Assembly (NCBI GenBank): GCA_030704615.1 | Contig: CM060731.1 | Location: 26,226,001-26,290,000 of the forward strand | Direction: 5' to 3' | Origin: Takakia lepidozioides | Lineage: Eukaryota; Plantae; Bryophyta | Length of the DNA: 64,000 bases | Shown here: piece by piece, positions 63,346 to 64,000 of the stretch | Numbering within the stretch: position 1 is the stretch's first letter | How the letters are laid out: each line of letters starts with the position of its first letter | Notes under the pieces: generated by a model | The model's database searches: none | Told to the model about the DNA's origin: nothing | What the model saw: the letters and a program-made list of their open reading frames with translations, nothing else | Position numbers and translations under genes: made by a program

Positions 63346-64000
63346 TTGAAACGTCTGACAGTAATGAGGTGAAGAATCTAAGTGGGCCAACCACCTCCCC
63401 ATCACATAGAGGGGTTCATTAGCTTACCATTGTTGGGAGTTAAGACAACGTAGGCACCATATTGAAGTCCCGACCACTGAAAAGCTCAGCACACGGACCT
63501 CTTCAAAGATGTAGCTTCTGAAGAATTGCACAACGGTGTGATTGTAAGACCTGCTGGGGATTACTTACAATCCCATGAATTTCTTAAGCACTGAAGGTAT
63601 TTTATCATTACTCTACCCAAAGTGTTCCTACCAAGTCCGAGGGAGTTGTGAGATGTTAAGTCATGATGTGCATAGTGCGAGTATGGCTTTAACACATCCT
63701 TGAGTACAATCAACCCAACCCAGCACATGTTGGAGCAGAACACGTATAACAGATTTGCTCAAAACCGGCCCACCTTCAGCGCTTCGGCAGGATTTGTGGA
63801 GGCCTCCGTGCCGAAGCCTTATTAGCTATGATTTCGGATGGCCAATTAAGTAGCATATATATATATATATAAATTAAAGGGAAACACTTGGGAGCGACAG
63901 CTCACAAATCAGGCCCCTTGATAGTGAGAGGAGAAAATAACCAGTGTTGGGCGGTTCTTGCATTTGTGAAGGAACCTTCGGTTCCGGTTCCACAATTATT

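Overview
Eukaryotic plant-type genomic DNA. The ABA3-like gene, PLS-type PPR fragments and CSI1-like fragment point to a land plant, possibly a non-seed lineage; the species cannot be determined. The first ~51 kb is a stack of transposons. (1) A CACTA element runs from beyond the left edge to 20286 and carries an En/Spm transposase plus a divergent SET-domain ORF. A 12.9-kb Athila/Tat-like Ty3/gypsy element (670-13542, TSD ACTAT) is nested in it. (2) A gene with a ParB/Srx-like motif is disrupted by that CACTA. (3) Two copies of an unusual minus-strand Ty3/gypsy family follow: a deleted copy (22489-27149) and a near-intact copy (29257-41154). (4) A non-autonomous CACTA (41809-47845), a tandem repeat and a SWIM/MULE-like pseudogene come next. 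The last ~11 kb is a multi-exon molybdenum cofactor sulfurase gene (ABA3/LOS5-like). The standout is family (3). It encodes Gag, protease, a DNMT3-like C5 DNA methyltransferase, an in-frame UAG in a CARYYA readthrough context, then RT, RNase H, a DDE integrase and a PHD finger. It has no tRNA primer site; its PBS is instead complementary to its own LTR. It carries variable host-gene fragments. Its LTRs are split/permuted (L...S-GC-L-S) with 4-bp TSDs, the layout expected if a two-LTR circle were opened at an internal GACA-GC-TGTC palindrome. All family assignments come from motif recognition by eye; no searches were run.
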